A DNA stretch of 64,000 nucleotides from contig OZ219866.1 in the NCBI GenBank assembly GCA_964291675.2, positions 3,424,001 to 3,488,000 of the forward strand. The letters are read 5' to 3'. Positions 1-11,630 of the stretch are shown here, piece after piece. The notes beneath the pieces were generated by a model. The model searched no databases and was not told the DNA's origin. It was given only the letters and a program-made list of their open reading frames with translations. The position numbers and the translations under genes are program-made. The stretch is from Alphaproteobacteria bacterium (GTDB lineage: Bacteria; Pseudomonadota; Alphaproteobacteria; MPNO01). The first letter of the stretch is position 1, and every line of letters starts with the position of its first letter.

Positions 1-112
1 GCTGACCGCAAACCCGGCGGCCTCCCGCGATGGCTGAGCGGCGGCCCGGCACGAGCTCGGGCCGCCGGGTCCCGGCTCGTTCCGGGGGCGCGATGCGCCG
101 GGCGGTGAGGAG

Positions 113-1210
113 ATGACCGGCGGGGCCGATACGATCGACCTCAGGGTCGAGGGCGTCGAAAAGTCCTTCGGCGCGGTCCGCGCCGTCCGCGACTGCAATC
201 TCACCGTGCGGCGCGGCGAGATGGTCGCCCTGCTCGGGCCGAGCGGGTGCGGCAAGACCACGCTGCTCAACATCATCGCCGGCTTCGAGAGCTGCGACAG
301 CGGCGATCTCCGGCTGCGCGGCGAGTCGCTGCGGGACATCCCGCCGAACCACCGCAATATCGGCATGGTGTTCCAGAACTACGCGCTGTTCCCGCATCTG
401 ACGACCGCCGGCAATATCGGCTACGGGCTGGGCATCCGGCGCATGCCGGCCGGGGAGATCCGGGCGAGGGTCGCGGAGGTCGTCGACCTGCTCAAGCTCA
501 ACGGGCTGGAGGAACGCTACCCGTCCGAGCTGAGCGGCGGCCAGCAGCAGCGCGTCGCCATCGCCCGGGCGCTTGCCGTCAGACCGGTGATGCTGCTGCT
601 GGACGAGGCGCTGAGCGCGCTCGACAAGAATCTGCGGGAACAGATGCAGGTGGAGCTGTCGATCCTGCTGCGTCAGCTCGGCATCACCACCATCATCGTC
701 ACTCACGACCAGCGCGAGGCCTTCACCATCGCCGACCGGATCGCGGTCATGAGCGACGGCGAAATACTCCAGATCGGCCCGCCCGAGGCAATCTATTCCG
801 ACCCCAAATCCTCCTTCGTGCTGGAATTCGTGGGCTCCGCCAACACGTTGAGAGGGGTGACCGCCGCGGCCGGTTCGGGACTCGCGGTCAAGGCGGATTG
901 CGGGCTGACGCTGCCGGTGACGGACGACCGGCTCTTCCAGCGCGGAAGGCGGGTCAACATCTATGTGCGCGCGGAGGATATCGCGCTGTCTTCCGAGCCC
1001 ACGTCGGTGCACAGGGACAATCCCGGGACCGTTTCGCTTGCCCGGTTCATGGGCGCCACCAAACGGCAGGCGATCGATCTGGGCGGCGAGCAGGTGGTGC
1101 TGGACGGCCCGTCCAGCGGGGCGTCCGCGCGGTTCGACGTGGGCGATCGGGTCTATATCGATATCGCGCCCGAGCGCTGCTACGTGCTGCCCGCCGAGCC
1201 GCCCGCCTGA
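113..1210 (+). CDS. ABC transporter ATP-binding protein, PotA/MalK (polyamine/opine/Fe3+) family
   Basis: Walker A GPSGCGKTT, LSGGQQQRVAIARAL, MLLLDE; C-terminal TOBE-like region. Confidence 0.9.
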   Translation: MTGGADTIDLRVEGVEKSFGAVRAVRDCNLTVRRGEMVALLGPSGCGKTTLLNIIAGFESCDSGDLRLRGESLRDIPPNHRNIGMVFQNYALFPHLTTAGNIGYGLGIRRMPAGEIRARVAEVVDLLKLNGLEERYPSELSGGQQQRVAIARALAVRPVMLLLDEALSALDKNLREQMQVELSILLRQLGITTIIVTHDQREAFTIADRIAVMSDGEILQIGPPEAIYSDPKSSFVLEFVGSANTLRGVTAAAGSGLAVKADCGLTLPVTDDRLFQRGRRVNIYVRAEDIALSSEPTSVHRDNPGTVSLARFMGATKRQAIDLGGEQVVLDGPSSGASARFDVGDRVYIDIAPERCYVLPAEPPA

Positions 1211-1212
1211 CC

Positions 1213-2136
1213 GTGGCCGGCGCCGCCGATTCGGCACGAGACCCGTCGAGAGCCGGGGCCCTGAGCCGCTGGCTGTTCCGCCGGCAGCAGCGCTACGCGT
1301 GGCTGCTGCTGGTTCCGGTGCTGACGATCCTGGTTCCGCTGTTCCTGTTTCCGCTCGCGGTCCTGCTGCGCAACAGCCTCAACTGGGACGATCCGAGCGC
1401 GATCATGGTCGCGGATTTCTCGTTCGCAAACTACGCCAGGATCCTGACCGACGGCTACTACGCGAGCCTGTTCGGCAACAGCATGCTGATCGCCGTGGGG
1501 GTGGCCGTCATCACCCTCGTCATCGGCTACCCGTTCGCCTACTACCTGGTCCGCTGGGCCGGGGAGAGGCGCAATCTCCTGCTCTGGATCATCTACACGC
1601 CGCTCCTCGTCAGCGTGATAACCCGGGTCTTCGGCTGGATGATCATCACCGCCGACAGCGGGCTCATCAACACCGTGCTGATCGCCCTCGGCATAACCGA
1701 AGGGCCGGTGCATATCCTGTTCGAGGTCAGCGGCATGGTCATCGGCATGGTCCACCGCTACCTGCCGCTGATGATCCTGCCGCTCGCCAATTCGATCGCC
1801 AAGATCGATGTCAGGATTCTGCTGGCCTCCACCAGCCTGGGCGCGGGCTCGGCGGCGACATTCGCGCGGGTGATCGTGCCGTTGAGCCTTCCGGGCATCT
1901 TCGCCGGGCTGCAGCTCGTGATCGCCGTCGTGTTGAGCGACTTCGTCCTGCCGACGCTGCTCGGCACGACGCGCTTCCGCATGCTGGCGCCGGCGATCTA
2001 CGACGAGGCGATCGCCAATCTACGCTGGGCGAACTCGGCCGCCATGGCCATCCTGATGGTGGCCCTGGTGGTCCTCGTCCTGCTGTCCATGAACCTGGTG
2101 CTGCGCCGCGCGGCGCCGTGGGCCAAGAGCTTCTGA
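1213..2136 (+). CDS. ABC permease, PotB-like
   Basis: GTG at 1213 in frame with ORF 247-2136; hydrophobic; ASTSLGA...TFARVIVPLSLPG EAA-type loop. Confidence 0.85.
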   Translation: MAGAADSARDPSRAGALSRWLFRRQQRYAWLLLVPVLTILVPLFLFPLAVLLRNSLNWDDPSAIMVADFSFANYARILTDGYYASLFGNSMLIAVGVAVITLVIGYPFAYYLVRWAGERRNLLLWIIYTPLLVSVITRVFGWMIITADSGLINTVLIALGITEGPVHILFEVSGMVIGMVHRYLPLMILPLANSIAKIDVRILLASTSLGAGSAATFARVIVPLSLPGIFAGLQLVIAVVLSDFVLPTLLGTTRFRMLAPAIYDEAIANLRWANSAAMAILMVALVVLVLLSMNLVLRRAAPWAKSF

Positions 2137-2161
2137 TGCGGCGGCGGCGGGAGAGGACGGG

Positions 2162-2950
2162 ATGAGCAGGGCGGCGCCCCCCTTGCTGACCGCCTATGTC
2201 GGGTTGGTGACCGTCTTCCTGCTGGGACCCATCGTGGTCGCCATCGTGCTGTCGTTCAGCAATGTCTCGCAGCTGGTGTTTCCGCCGCCCGGCTTCAGCC
2301 TCCAATGGTACGAGGTGGCGTGGGACAATCGCAAATTCGTCGACGGTTTCGTGGTCAGCACGATCATCGCGGCCATCAGCAGCGCGATGGCGGGGGTGGC
2401 GGGAACGCTGGCGGCGATTGCCATCAACAACTACCGCTTCTTCGGGCGCTCGGCGGTTCAGTCCCTGGTGATCATGCCGCTGATCATCCCGGCGGTGGTG
2501 GTCGGGCTCGGGCTGCTGCAAACCCTGTCCTCGGTCGGCATTCGCCCCGGCATCCTTGCCGCGTCGCTCGGGCACAGCATCATCGGGATACCCTATGTCG
2601 TCTATCTGGTCCTTGCCGCCCTGTCCGGATACGACATCCGGCTGGAGCACGCCGCGCAGTCGCTCGGGGCTTCGCGGCTGAGGACCTTCCTCGACATCAC
2701 CTATCCGGCCGTCCGGCCCGGCATGATCGCGGGCGTCGCCTTCGCCTTCCTGATGTCCTTCGACAATGTCGCGATGTCGATCTTCCTCGCGCGCGGGAAC
2801 CCGCTGCCGCTGCGCCTGATGCAGCACATCCAGTACTACGCCGATCCCAGCGTGGCGGCGGTATCGACGGTTCTCGTGGCGATCTCGCTGGTCGGGCTCG
2901 TCCTGTTCGGACGGATGCTGCGCAAGCGGGACATCGGCAATCTCGCCTGA
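2162..2950 (+). CDS. ABC permease, PotC-like
   Basis: FPPPGFSLQWY; EHAAQSLGAS; FLMSFD. Confidence 0.88.
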   Translation: MSRAAPPLLTAYVGLVTVFLLGPIVVAIVLSFSNVSQLVFPPPGFSLQWYEVAWDNRKFVDGFVVSTIIAAISSAMAGVAGTLAAIAINNYRFFGRSAVQSLVIMPLIIPAVVVGLGLLQTLSSVGIRPGILAASLGHSIIGIPYVVYLVLAALSGYDIRLEHAAQSLGASRLRTFLDITYPAVRPGMIAGVAFAFLMSFDNVAMSIFLARGNPLPLRLMQHIQYYADPSVAAVSTVLVAISLVGLVLFGRMLRKRDIGNLA

Positions 2951-3019
2951 ACCCAAGGCGGCTGCGGTCTTCTCCGGCCGTGCAATATGCCTTCGGAACC
3001 CCGCAGTCGGACGTTCCGC

Positions 3020-4255
3020 CTAGCCGGCCGCCAGGGCGGCCATGCGCTGGCGGTCGAGCACGGCCCCGTGGCTCACCACATGGACCGGCGCGCTGTGGTT
3101 GCGCAGCGCCTCGACCGTGTTCGGTTCCCCCAGCACCACCAGATGAGCGGGATTGCCCGGCGCCAGGGCGAAATCCGCGACATTCATCGCGCGCGCGGCA
3201 TCCACCGTCACCAAGTCGTAGAGCCGGTCGATCTCCTCGCGTGCCGTCATCCAGAGAAGGTGCGAGGCGAGGAACGCCACCTCCAGCATGTTGTTGCGGC
3301 CGAACGGGTAGTAGGCGTCCGAGATGTCGTCCTGGCCGAGGCAGACCAGGACGCCGTCTTCGAGGAATTCCTTCACCCGCGCGTGCAGGGGGCCCGTATG
3401 GGGGTCGCTCACCACCGGGACCCGGGCGCGCTTGAGGATCGCCGAGAGGCGCTTGAAATAGGCCTCCGGGTAGAGCGCCATGGCGCGGCAGTGATGCGCC
3501 AGCGCGCGGCCCTCCCAGCCGCGCTCGATCGCCTCGACGGCCATCGTCTCGAGCGTGCGCAGCCCCGGATCGCCGGCGTCGTCGAGCAGCATCGAGACGT
3601 CCTTGTCGAATTCCGCCGCGAGGTCGAAACAGACCCGTATATGCGCGGCGGCGTCGGCCTCGGTGAACTCGATCCAGGGTATCCCTCCCACCACGTCGGC
3701 GCCCATCTCCATCGCCTCGCGCATCAGCGCATCGGCGCCCGGCTCGCGGACGATGCCGTCCTGGGCGAAGGCGACGACCTGGATGTCGACGATGCCGCGG
3801 AACTCGTCCCTGACCGCCAGCAGCCCCTTCACCCCTTCGAGCCGCGCCTTGGTGTCCACGTCGGCGAAGGCGCGGATGTGCAGATTGCCGTGCAGCGCCG
3901 CGAGCGCGGCCGCGCGCCTGGCGTTGTCGGTGATCCAGGACGCGTCGTACTTCTCCTTGACCAGGCTCGCGAGCTCGATGGCGGTCATCGTCTTGCCCAT
4001 CTGGCCCTCGCGATAGGCCTTGAGCGCGTCGTCCTGCATCATCTCCAGCGTCCACACCTTGCACATGTGGAGATGCGGATTGGCGAAGGACTCGGTGACC
4101 AGCCCGCCCGCCGCGTCTATCTCGGTGTCCGCCGCGACGTCGAGCGCGGGAGCGATTTCGGCGATCTTGCCGCCGGCGATGGCGATGTCGCGCAGCCCTT
4201 CCGCCTGCCGGCGAAGACGCGCGTTTCGGATCAGGATGTCGCAGTTTTCAGGCAC
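3020..4255 (-). CDS. Cytosine deaminase (CodA)-like amidohydrolase
   Basis: NPHLHMCK metal motif, QVVAFAQDG, VVGGIP, GQDDISDAYYPFG; GTG start inferred at 4255. Confidence 0.8.
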   Translation of the reverse strand: MPENCDILIRNARLRRQAEGLRDIAIAGGKIAEIAPALDVAADTEIDAAGGLVTESFANPHLHMCKVWTLEMMQDDALKAYREGQMGKTMTAIELASLVKEKYDASWITDNARRAAALAALHGNLHIRAFADVDTKARLEGVKGLLAVRDEFRGIVDIQVVAFAQDGIVREPGADALMREAMEMGADVVGGIPWIEFTEADAAAHIRVCFDLAAEFDKDVSMLLDDAGDPGLRTLETMAVEAIERGWEGRALAHHCRAMALYPEAYFKRLSAILKRARVPVVSDPHTGPLHARVKEFLEDGVLVCLGQDDISDAYYPFGRNNMLEVAFLASHLLWMTAREEIDRLYDLVTVDAARAMNVADFALAPGNPAHLVVLGEPNTVEALRNHSAPVHVVSHGAVLDRQRMAALAAG

Positions 4256-4278
4256 CGTCTCTCTCCGGGGCTGTGTGG

Positions 4279-5103
4279 TCAGGCGAGGCGCGAGGCGTAG
4301 GCGCGCAGGTACTCGTCGCGGCGCGCCTCGACCCGGGTTCGGATCTTGTCCCCCGAGGCGCTCATCTCCGCGAGGTCGGCATTGGACAGCGTCCCGGTCA
4401 GGACCGCCTGGAAGCTCGCCCGCGACTTGATCCGGCCCCACCAGGCCGCGGTCGCCGGACGGCCGGCGGTCCAGACATCGAGCAGACCGAGATACTCGGC
4501 GCGGGCGAAATAGGGCGTCACCGCCGCCTCGGCGAGCGTGTACCGGTCCCCGGCGAGCCAGCTCCCGGTCTTCGCCAGCCGGGCCTCCAGGTCCCGGACC
4601 AGCCTCTCATGGGCGGCGACGGCTCTGAACGCGAAGCGCGAGGCGACGCCGTCCTCCACCGAAGACCGGTAGAAATCCTCGCGGCCCGGGTTGCCGACAT
4701 TGCGAAACCGCTTCTCCCGTTCCGCCTCTTCCATGGCCAGCATGCGGTCGCGGAACATGGCGCAGAAGCTCAGCACCGAGCCGGCTTCGTGGATCTCCTC
4801 GTCGACCAGCTTGGTCCATTGCCGGACTTCAGCGCGCCCGGCCGGATCGCCGGGCATCAGCGGCGGGGCGGGGAAGGTCTCTTCCAGATATTCGCAGATG
4901 ACGGTCGACTCGACGATCGTCGCGCCGTCATGCACCAGGGTCGGCACCACGCCGCGCGGGTTTATGCGGAGATAGTCCGGGTCGTACTGCGCGCTCAGGA
5001 ACAGCGGAACCGTCACGGTCTCGTAGTCGAGACCCTTCTCGGCCAGGACCAGCTCGACCTTGTGGCAACAGACCGCGTTATGGTCGCGGTAGAGTGTCAG
5101 CAT
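4279..5103 (-). CDS. Glutathione S-transferase (LigF/PcpC-like architecture)
   Basis: C-terminal part of ORF 4279-7923: MLTLY..CCHKV, INPRGVVPTL, ESTVICEYL, WLAGDRYTLAE. Confidence 0.88.
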   Translation of the reverse strand: MLTLYRDHNAVCCHKVELVLAEKGLDYETVTVPLFLSAQYDPDYLRINPRGVVPTLVHDGATIVESTVICEYLEETFPAPPLMPGDPAGRAEVRQWTKLVDEEIHEAGSVLSFCAMFRDRMLAMEEAEREKRFRNVGNPGREDFYRSSVEDGVASRFAFRAVAAHERLVRDLEARLAKTGSWLAGDRYTLAEAAVTPYFARAEYLGLLDVWTAGRPATAAWWGRIKSRASFQAVLTGTLSNADLAEMSASGDKIRTRVEARRDEYLRAYASRLA

Positions 5104-5253
5104 GACGGGCGGGCGCTCCTGCGCGGGACGGCGTCGGCGAATTCTGGAAAGGCGAGGTCCGCCCCGCAAGGGGCATCTATTGACGCGGACTCGCCGCGAC
5201 CTACACTTTTGCCGGCCTTGTAGAACGACAACAACCCACCGGAGGAACGGCCA

Positions 5254-6276
5254 ATGCGAGACGAATCCAACCCATTCGGTACGAGGACCCTGCTCGCGGT
5301 TTGCGCCGCCGCCGGTCTTGCCCTGTCGGCAAGCGCGGCCGGCGCGGAGAAGCTCAAGGTGGCGCTGGCGCTGCCCGGCGCCGTCAGCGACAAGGGCTTC
5401 AACGCCAGCGCGCATGCCGGGCTGATGCTGATCGAGAAGACCCTGGGCGACAAGGTCGAGGTGGCGTTCTCGGAGAGCGTCAAGCGGCCCGATTTCGTCG
5501 CCACGCTGCGCGACTACGCCAATCGGGGCTACAACGTGATCTACGCGCACGGCTTCCAGTGGGGCGACGCCATCGCCAAGGTCGCCGCCGAGAACCCCGA
5601 CAAGCACTTCTTCAACACCTACGGCTCGGGCAAGGCCGGGAACCTCGCCAATCTCTACGTCTCGTTCCAGGAGCTGTTCTACGTGACCGGCCAGTTGGCG
5701 GCGAGGCTCAGCAAGGCCGATGTCATCGGCGCGGTCGGCGGCTGGGAGATCCCGCCGATCCGCATCCAGGTCGACGCCTTCCGCCAGGGCGTGCTGGCGG
5801 CCAAGCCCAAGGCGAAGTTCGTCGCGATCTACACCGGCACCTTCTATGACGCCGTCAAGGGCAAGGAGGCGGCGCGCGCGGTGATCTCGCAGGGCGCCGA
5901 TATCGTCGCCCACATGGCGGACGCGACGGGTCTCGGCGTGATCCAGGCGGCGAAGGAGAAGAAGGTGCCGGTGATCGGCTATTTCGCCGACCAGCGGAGC
6001 CTCGCCCCCGATCTCGTCGTCTCCTCGGCGGTGATCAAGGTCGACGACATGCTGCTCAAGTCGATCAAGTCGGTGATCGCCGGCAAGTTCAATCCGGGGC
6101 CCAACCGCTTCGGCCTCGCCTCCGGCGTGCTCGAGGTCGGGCCCTACGGTCCCATGGTTCCGGACAACGTGAAGGCCGAGATCGCCAAGCTGGTCGCCGA
6201 CATCAAGTCGGGCGCGGTCAAGGTCCCCGCGCCCAACGTGCCGGCGCTGATGAAGCAGAAGATCAACAAGATCTAG
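5254..6276 (+). CDS. BMP-family (nucleoside) ABC substrate-binding protein
   Basis: Signal peptide; DKGFNASA; GADIV; TGLGVIQAA. Confidence 0.88.
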   Translation: MRDESNPFGTRTLLAVCAAAGLALSASAAGAEKLKVALALPGAVSDKGFNASAHAGLMLIEKTLGDKVEVAFSESVKRPDFVATLRDYANRGYNVIYAHGFQWGDAIAKVAAENPDKHFFNTYGSGKAGNLANLYVSFQELFYVTGQLAARLSKADVIGAVGGWEIPPIRIQVDAFRQGVLAAKPKAKFVAIYTGTFYDAVKGKEAARAVISQGADIVAHMADATGLGVIQAAKEKKVPVIGYFADQRSLAPDLVVSSAVIKVDDMLLKSIKSVIAGKFNPGPNRFGLASGVLEVGPYGPMVPDNVKAEIAKLVADIKSGAVKVPAPNVPALMKQKINKI

Positions 6277-6296
6277 CCCGGCCGGCAGCGTGACAG

Positions 6297-6322
6297 CGCC
6301 CGCCGCCCCGGGGCGGCGGGCG
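6297..6322 (+). promoter_or_regulatory. GC stem-loop downstream of the binding-protein gene (possible mRNA stabiliser/attenuator)
   Basis: cgcccgccgccc-cg-gggcggcgggcg palindrome, no U tract. Confidence 0.45.
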
Positions 6323-6351
6323 TCTTCGTTGCGTGTCTCGGGAACCTGCCG

Positions 6352-7874
<1,523 letters not shown>

Positions 7875-7878
<4 letters not shown>

Positions 7879-8927
7879 GCCAGGCCGCGGCCGCGCGCAT
7901 CCCCGAGGCGCTGCGCGCGACATCGATTTCGCTCGCCGCGATCGCGCTCGCCCTGGCCGCGAGCGCGGTGCTGATCCTGCTCGCCGGCGCCGACCCTCTC
8001 GCCGCCTATTGGGCGCTGCTGCAAGGCGCCGTCGGAGACGGGTTCGCGCTCGGAAACACGCTCGCGCGCACCACCCCGCTGATCTTCACCGGCCTTGCCG
8101 TGGCCTTCGCCTTCCGCTGCAACCTGCTCAATATCGGCGCCGAGGGGCAGCTCTACGCCGGCGCGCTGGCGAGCGTGGTCATCGGGATCTACCTGACCGG
8201 CCTGCCGGCGGTCCTCCACATCGCGCTCGCCATCGCCGGCGGGTTCCTGGCCGGCGCCGCGTGGGGCGGGATCGCGGGCTATCTGCGGTCCGCGCGCGGC
8301 ATCAACGAGATCATCTCGACGATCATGCTCAACTTCGTCGCGATATTCTTCGTGAGCTACCTGGTCCACGGCCCGCTGGCCGAGCCTCCCGGCTTCTTCC
8401 ACCAGACGGCCATGGTCGCCGAGAGCGCGCGGCTTCCGGTGCTGTACGCCAAGTCGGACCTCTCGATCGCCATCTTCATCGCCGTCGGTTTCGCCCTCGT
8501 CACAGCCTATGTGCTGTGGCGCACGCCGTTCGGGCTGAAGCTGCGCGCGGTCGGCGAATCGACGGGAACCGCGCGCTTCGCCGGGGTGCCGGTCAACCGC
8601 TACGTGTTCGGCGCGATGAGCGTCTCCGGCGGGCTCGCGGGGCTCGCCGGCACCACCGAGATGATCGGCGGCCAGTACCGGCTGCTCGACTTCTTCTCCC
8701 CGGGCTACGGGTTCGATGGAATCGCGGTGGCGTTCCTCGGCCGGTCCGATCCCATCGGCGTGGTGTTTGCGGCCTTCCTGTTCGCCGCCCTCCGGGTCGG
8801 CGCCAACCAGATGCAGAGGACGACCGGGCTGCCGACCTCGCTGATCCTGGTGATCCAGGGCATGGTCATCCTGTTCATCCTCGGCGTCGCGGTGCTCGAA
8901 TGGCACCGCCGGCGCAGGCGCGGTTGA
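7875..8927 (+). CDS. Nucleoside ABC permease 1
   Basis: GTGA overlap; NIGAEGQ, NEIISTIMLN, GYGFDGIAVA. Confidence 0.88.
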
Positions 8928-8936
8928 GGGGCGGCG

Positions 8937-9869
8937 ATGGAGGTGTTGTTCGGCCTGCTCGACCCCGACTACTTCGCCGCCACGATCCGGCTGGCGACGC
9001 CGCTGCTGTTCGCCACGCTCGGCGGCATCCTCAACGAGCGCGCGGGCATCATCAATATCGGCCTCGAAGGCACCATGCTGATGGCCGCGCTTACCGGGGT
9101 GTTCGGCGCCTGGTTCATCGGCTCGCCGTGGCTGGGCTTCGCCTGCGGGGTGGTTGCCGGCGCCCTGATCGCCTGGATTCACGCCTTCGTCTCGATATCC
9201 CTGGGCGCCAACCAGATCGTCTCGGGCACGGCGATAAACCTGCTTGGCCTCGGCCTGTCGAGCTTCCTGATCCGCATCGTCTTCGGGCTCAAGGAACAAC
9301 AGCGGGTGGTGCCCCATTTCGATCCCGTCTCGCTGCCGTTGCTGGCCGACCTTCCCCTCCTCGGACCGGTTCTATTCCACCAGCATGCCTTGGTTTATGT
9401 CGCCTTCCTGCTGGTCCCCGTCCTCTGGGTGATCCTCTACAGGACGCGCTGGGGGCTGATGATCACCGCCACCGGCGAGCACCCGCATGCCGCCTCGTCG
9501 GTCGGCGTCGATCCCCTGCGGGTGCGCTATGCCTGCACGGTGCTGTCCGGCGCGCTGGCCGGCGCCGGCGGGGCGTTCCTCTCGCTCGGACAGCTGCACT
9601 TCTTTCAGGACGAGATGGTCGCCGGGCGCGGCTTCATCGCGCTGGCGGCGCTGATCTTCGGGCGCTGGAACCCGGTTGGCGGCATGATCGCCTGCCTGAT
9701 CTTCGGCGGTGCGGATGCCCTTCAATTCCGCGGACAGGCGGTCGGGCTCGACATCCCGCACCAGTTCATGCTGATGTTTCCTTATGTGCTGACGCTCGCC
9801 ATTCTCATCGTCGTCGGCGGCAAGAGCCAGGGACCCGCCGCGATCGGGATGCCCTATCGCAGGGGCTGA
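8937..9869 (+). CDS. Nucleoside ABC permease 2
   Basis: ERAGIINIGLEG, GRGFIALAALIFGRWNP. Confidence 0.92.
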   Translation: MEVLFGLLDPDYFAATIRLATPLLFATLGGILNERAGIINIGLEGTMLMAALTGVFGAWFIGSPWLGFACGVVAGALIAWIHAFVSISLGANQIVSGTAINLLGLGLSSFLIRIVFGLKEQQRVVPHFDPVSLPLLADLPLLGPVLFHQHALVYVAFLLVPVLWVILYRTRWGLMITATGEHPHAASSVGVDPLRVRYACTVLSGALAGAGGAFLSLGQLHFFQDEMVAGRGFIALAALIFGRWNPVGGMIACLIFGGADALQFRGQAVGLDIPHQFMLMFPYVLTLAILIVVGGKSQGPAAIGMPYRRG

Positions 9870-9891
9870 TCCGGCGTGGGGCGAAAGGTTC

Positions 9892-10083
9892 ATGGTGGCG
9901 GCCGATGCGCTGCCCGAGATCGCGCCGGTGCCGATCTTCTACATCTGGCTCGGCGACGAAGCCTCGATCCATGCCATGGCGGTGGCGATCGCGCTGTTCA
10001 TCGCCATCCTCGCGGCGATCTCGACGGCGATGTACCCGATCGTCCTCTATGTCGAGAACCGGGTGATGCAGCACCGGCAACAG
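9892..10083 (+). pseudogene. Internally deleted NitT/TauT-type ABC permease remnant
   Basis: VAADALPEIAPVPIFYIWLG (mid-permease motif) joined to a C-terminal-like AISTAMYPIVLYVENRVM; reading frame runs on into the tRNA. Confidence 0.5.
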
Positions 10084-10136
10084 CCGGTCCGCCGCGCGCC
10101 CGAGGCCGCGCTTTGCCGTCAGGTCACCGATTTCGC

Positions 10137-10213
10137 TGGTCGGAGTGAGTGGATTCGAACCACCGGCCCCTGCCTCCCGAAGACAGTGCTCTACCAGGCT
10201 GAGCTACACTCCG
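10137..10213 (-). tRNA. tRNA-Pro(CGG)
   Basis: Reverse complement CGGAGTGTAGCTCAGCCTGGTAGAGCACTGTCTTCGGGAGGCAGGGGCCGGTGGTTCGAATCCACTCACTCCGACCA; anticodon CGG; encoded CCA. Confidence 0.97.
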
Positions 10214-10267
10214 AATTCCAGCGGAAGAGGGTTATAGACCCTGCCGATTCGCCCGGCAAGGACCGCT

Positions 10268-11290
10268 TCAATAGGCGCGGTCCACGGCGAACTCGACGCT
10301 TTGCGCGAGCGCGCGCCGGGCCTCGCTTTCCGGGAAGGCGGCGAGCGCCCCGCGCGCCTTGGCGGCGTAGCCGCGCGCGCCCTCCAGCGTCGCGCGCAGC
10401 GCGCCGGTGCGTTCCAGCAGCGCGATGGCCCGCTTGAGGTCGCCCTTCTTCTGCACCTGGTCCTCCAGCGTGCGGCGCCAGAACGCCTTGCCGTCCGCGT
10501 CGGCGTCGCGCACCGCGTAGACGATCGGCAGCGTGACCTTGCCCTCGCGGAAATCGTCGCCCACCGTCTTGCCGAGCGTCGCCTGGCGGGCCGAGTAGTC
10601 GAGCACGTCGTCGACCAGCTGGAAGGCCATGCCGAGATTGTGGCCGAACCGCCGGAGCGCCTCGCGCTCTTCCGCCGGGCGGTCGGCGACGACGGCGCCG
10701 ATCTCCGCCGCGGCGGCGAACAGCTTCGCGGTCTTGGCGCGGACCACCTCGAGATAGTCCTCCTCGCCGGTGTCCACGTCGTTCGCGGTCATCAGCTGAA
10801 GCACCTCGCCCTCGGCGATCACCGAGGAGGCTTCCGACAATATGGCGAGCACGTCCAGCGAGGCGTCGGCGACCATGAGCTCGAAGGAGCGCGAGAACAG
10901 GAAATCGCCGACCAGCACCGAGGCCTGGTTGCCCCAGACCGCGTTGGCCGTCGCCGCGCCGCGGCGCAGATCGCTGGCGTCGACCACGTCGTCATGCAGC
11001 AGCGTCGCGGTGTGGATCAGCTCGACGCAGGCCGCCAGCCCGACATGGCGTTCCCCCGCATAGCCGCACATCCGCGCCGCCGCCAGCGTGATCATCGGGC
11101 GCAGCCGCTTGCCGCCGGCGGCGACGATGTGCCCGGCGAGCTGCGAGACCAGCAGCACCGGGCTCTCCATGCGTTCGACGATGGTGCGGTTGACCGCTTC
11201 CATGTCGGCGGCGGTCAGCGCCGTCAGGGCCTCAAGGTTGGGACGCGCGCGCGCGTCCGATCCGCGCGCCAGCTCTACGACCACGCTCAC
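10268..11290 (-). CDS. ispB: Octa/decaprenyl-diphosphate synthase
   Basis: GGKRLRP, LLHDDVVD..LRRG, FQLVDDVLDY. Confidence 0.93.
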   Translation of the reverse strand: MSVVVELARGSDARARPNLEALTALTAADMEAVNRTIVERMESPVLLVSQLAGHIVAAGGKRLRPMITLAAARMCGYAGERHVGLAACVELIHTATLLHDDVVDASDLRRGAATANAVWGNQASVLVGDFLFSRSFELMVADASLDVLAILSEASSVIAEGEVLQLMTANDVDTGEEDYLEVVRAKTAKLFAAAAEIGAVVADRPAEEREALRRFGHNLGMAFQLVDDVLDYSARQATLGKTVGDDFREGKVTLPIVYAVRDADADGKAFWRRTLEDQVQKKGDLKRAIALLERTGALRATLEGARGYAAKARGALAAFPESEARRALAQSVEFAVDRAY

Positions 11291-11401
11291 CGGCTTTGTC
11301 CGCCCCGTCGATTGGTGTTAGACAGGTTGCCGAACATAGCCGGAGGCCGGTCTGGGTCAAGCCGCCGCTCCGGCGAAGCGAAACGAATCCGGGCGGGGAA
11401 C

Positions 11402-11626
11402 ATGCGGGAGCTGGTGCGGAGCAACGAGCTGGTGTTTCTGTCCTGGCTCGACGCGGCCTTGCGGGCGGAGGGAATCGCCCCGATCCTGCTCGATACCCAT
11501 ACCAGCGTCCTCGAGGGTTCGACCCTGGCGATCCCGCGCCGCGTCATGGTCGAGGACGACGACCTCGCCCGCGCCCGCCGTCTGGTGACCGAGGCGGGGG
11601 AGGGTCACCGCCTGAGCCCGGGCTGA
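11402..11626 (+). CDS. DUF2007-type small protein
   Basis: MRELVRSNELVFLSW...LDTHTSVLEGS..IPRRVMV; usual alphaproteobacterial position between ispB and trmN6. Confidence 0.8.
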   Translation: MRELVRSNELVFLSWLDAALRAEGIAPILLDTHTSVLEGSTLAIPRRVMVEDDDLARARRLVTEAGEGHRLSPG

Positions 11627-11630
11627 ACGG

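Noticed and set aside
9892-10437. 181-aa ORF as a real protein
   Set aside because: It runs antisense through tRNA-Pro and into ispB. Only the first ~60 codons look like a permease remnant.
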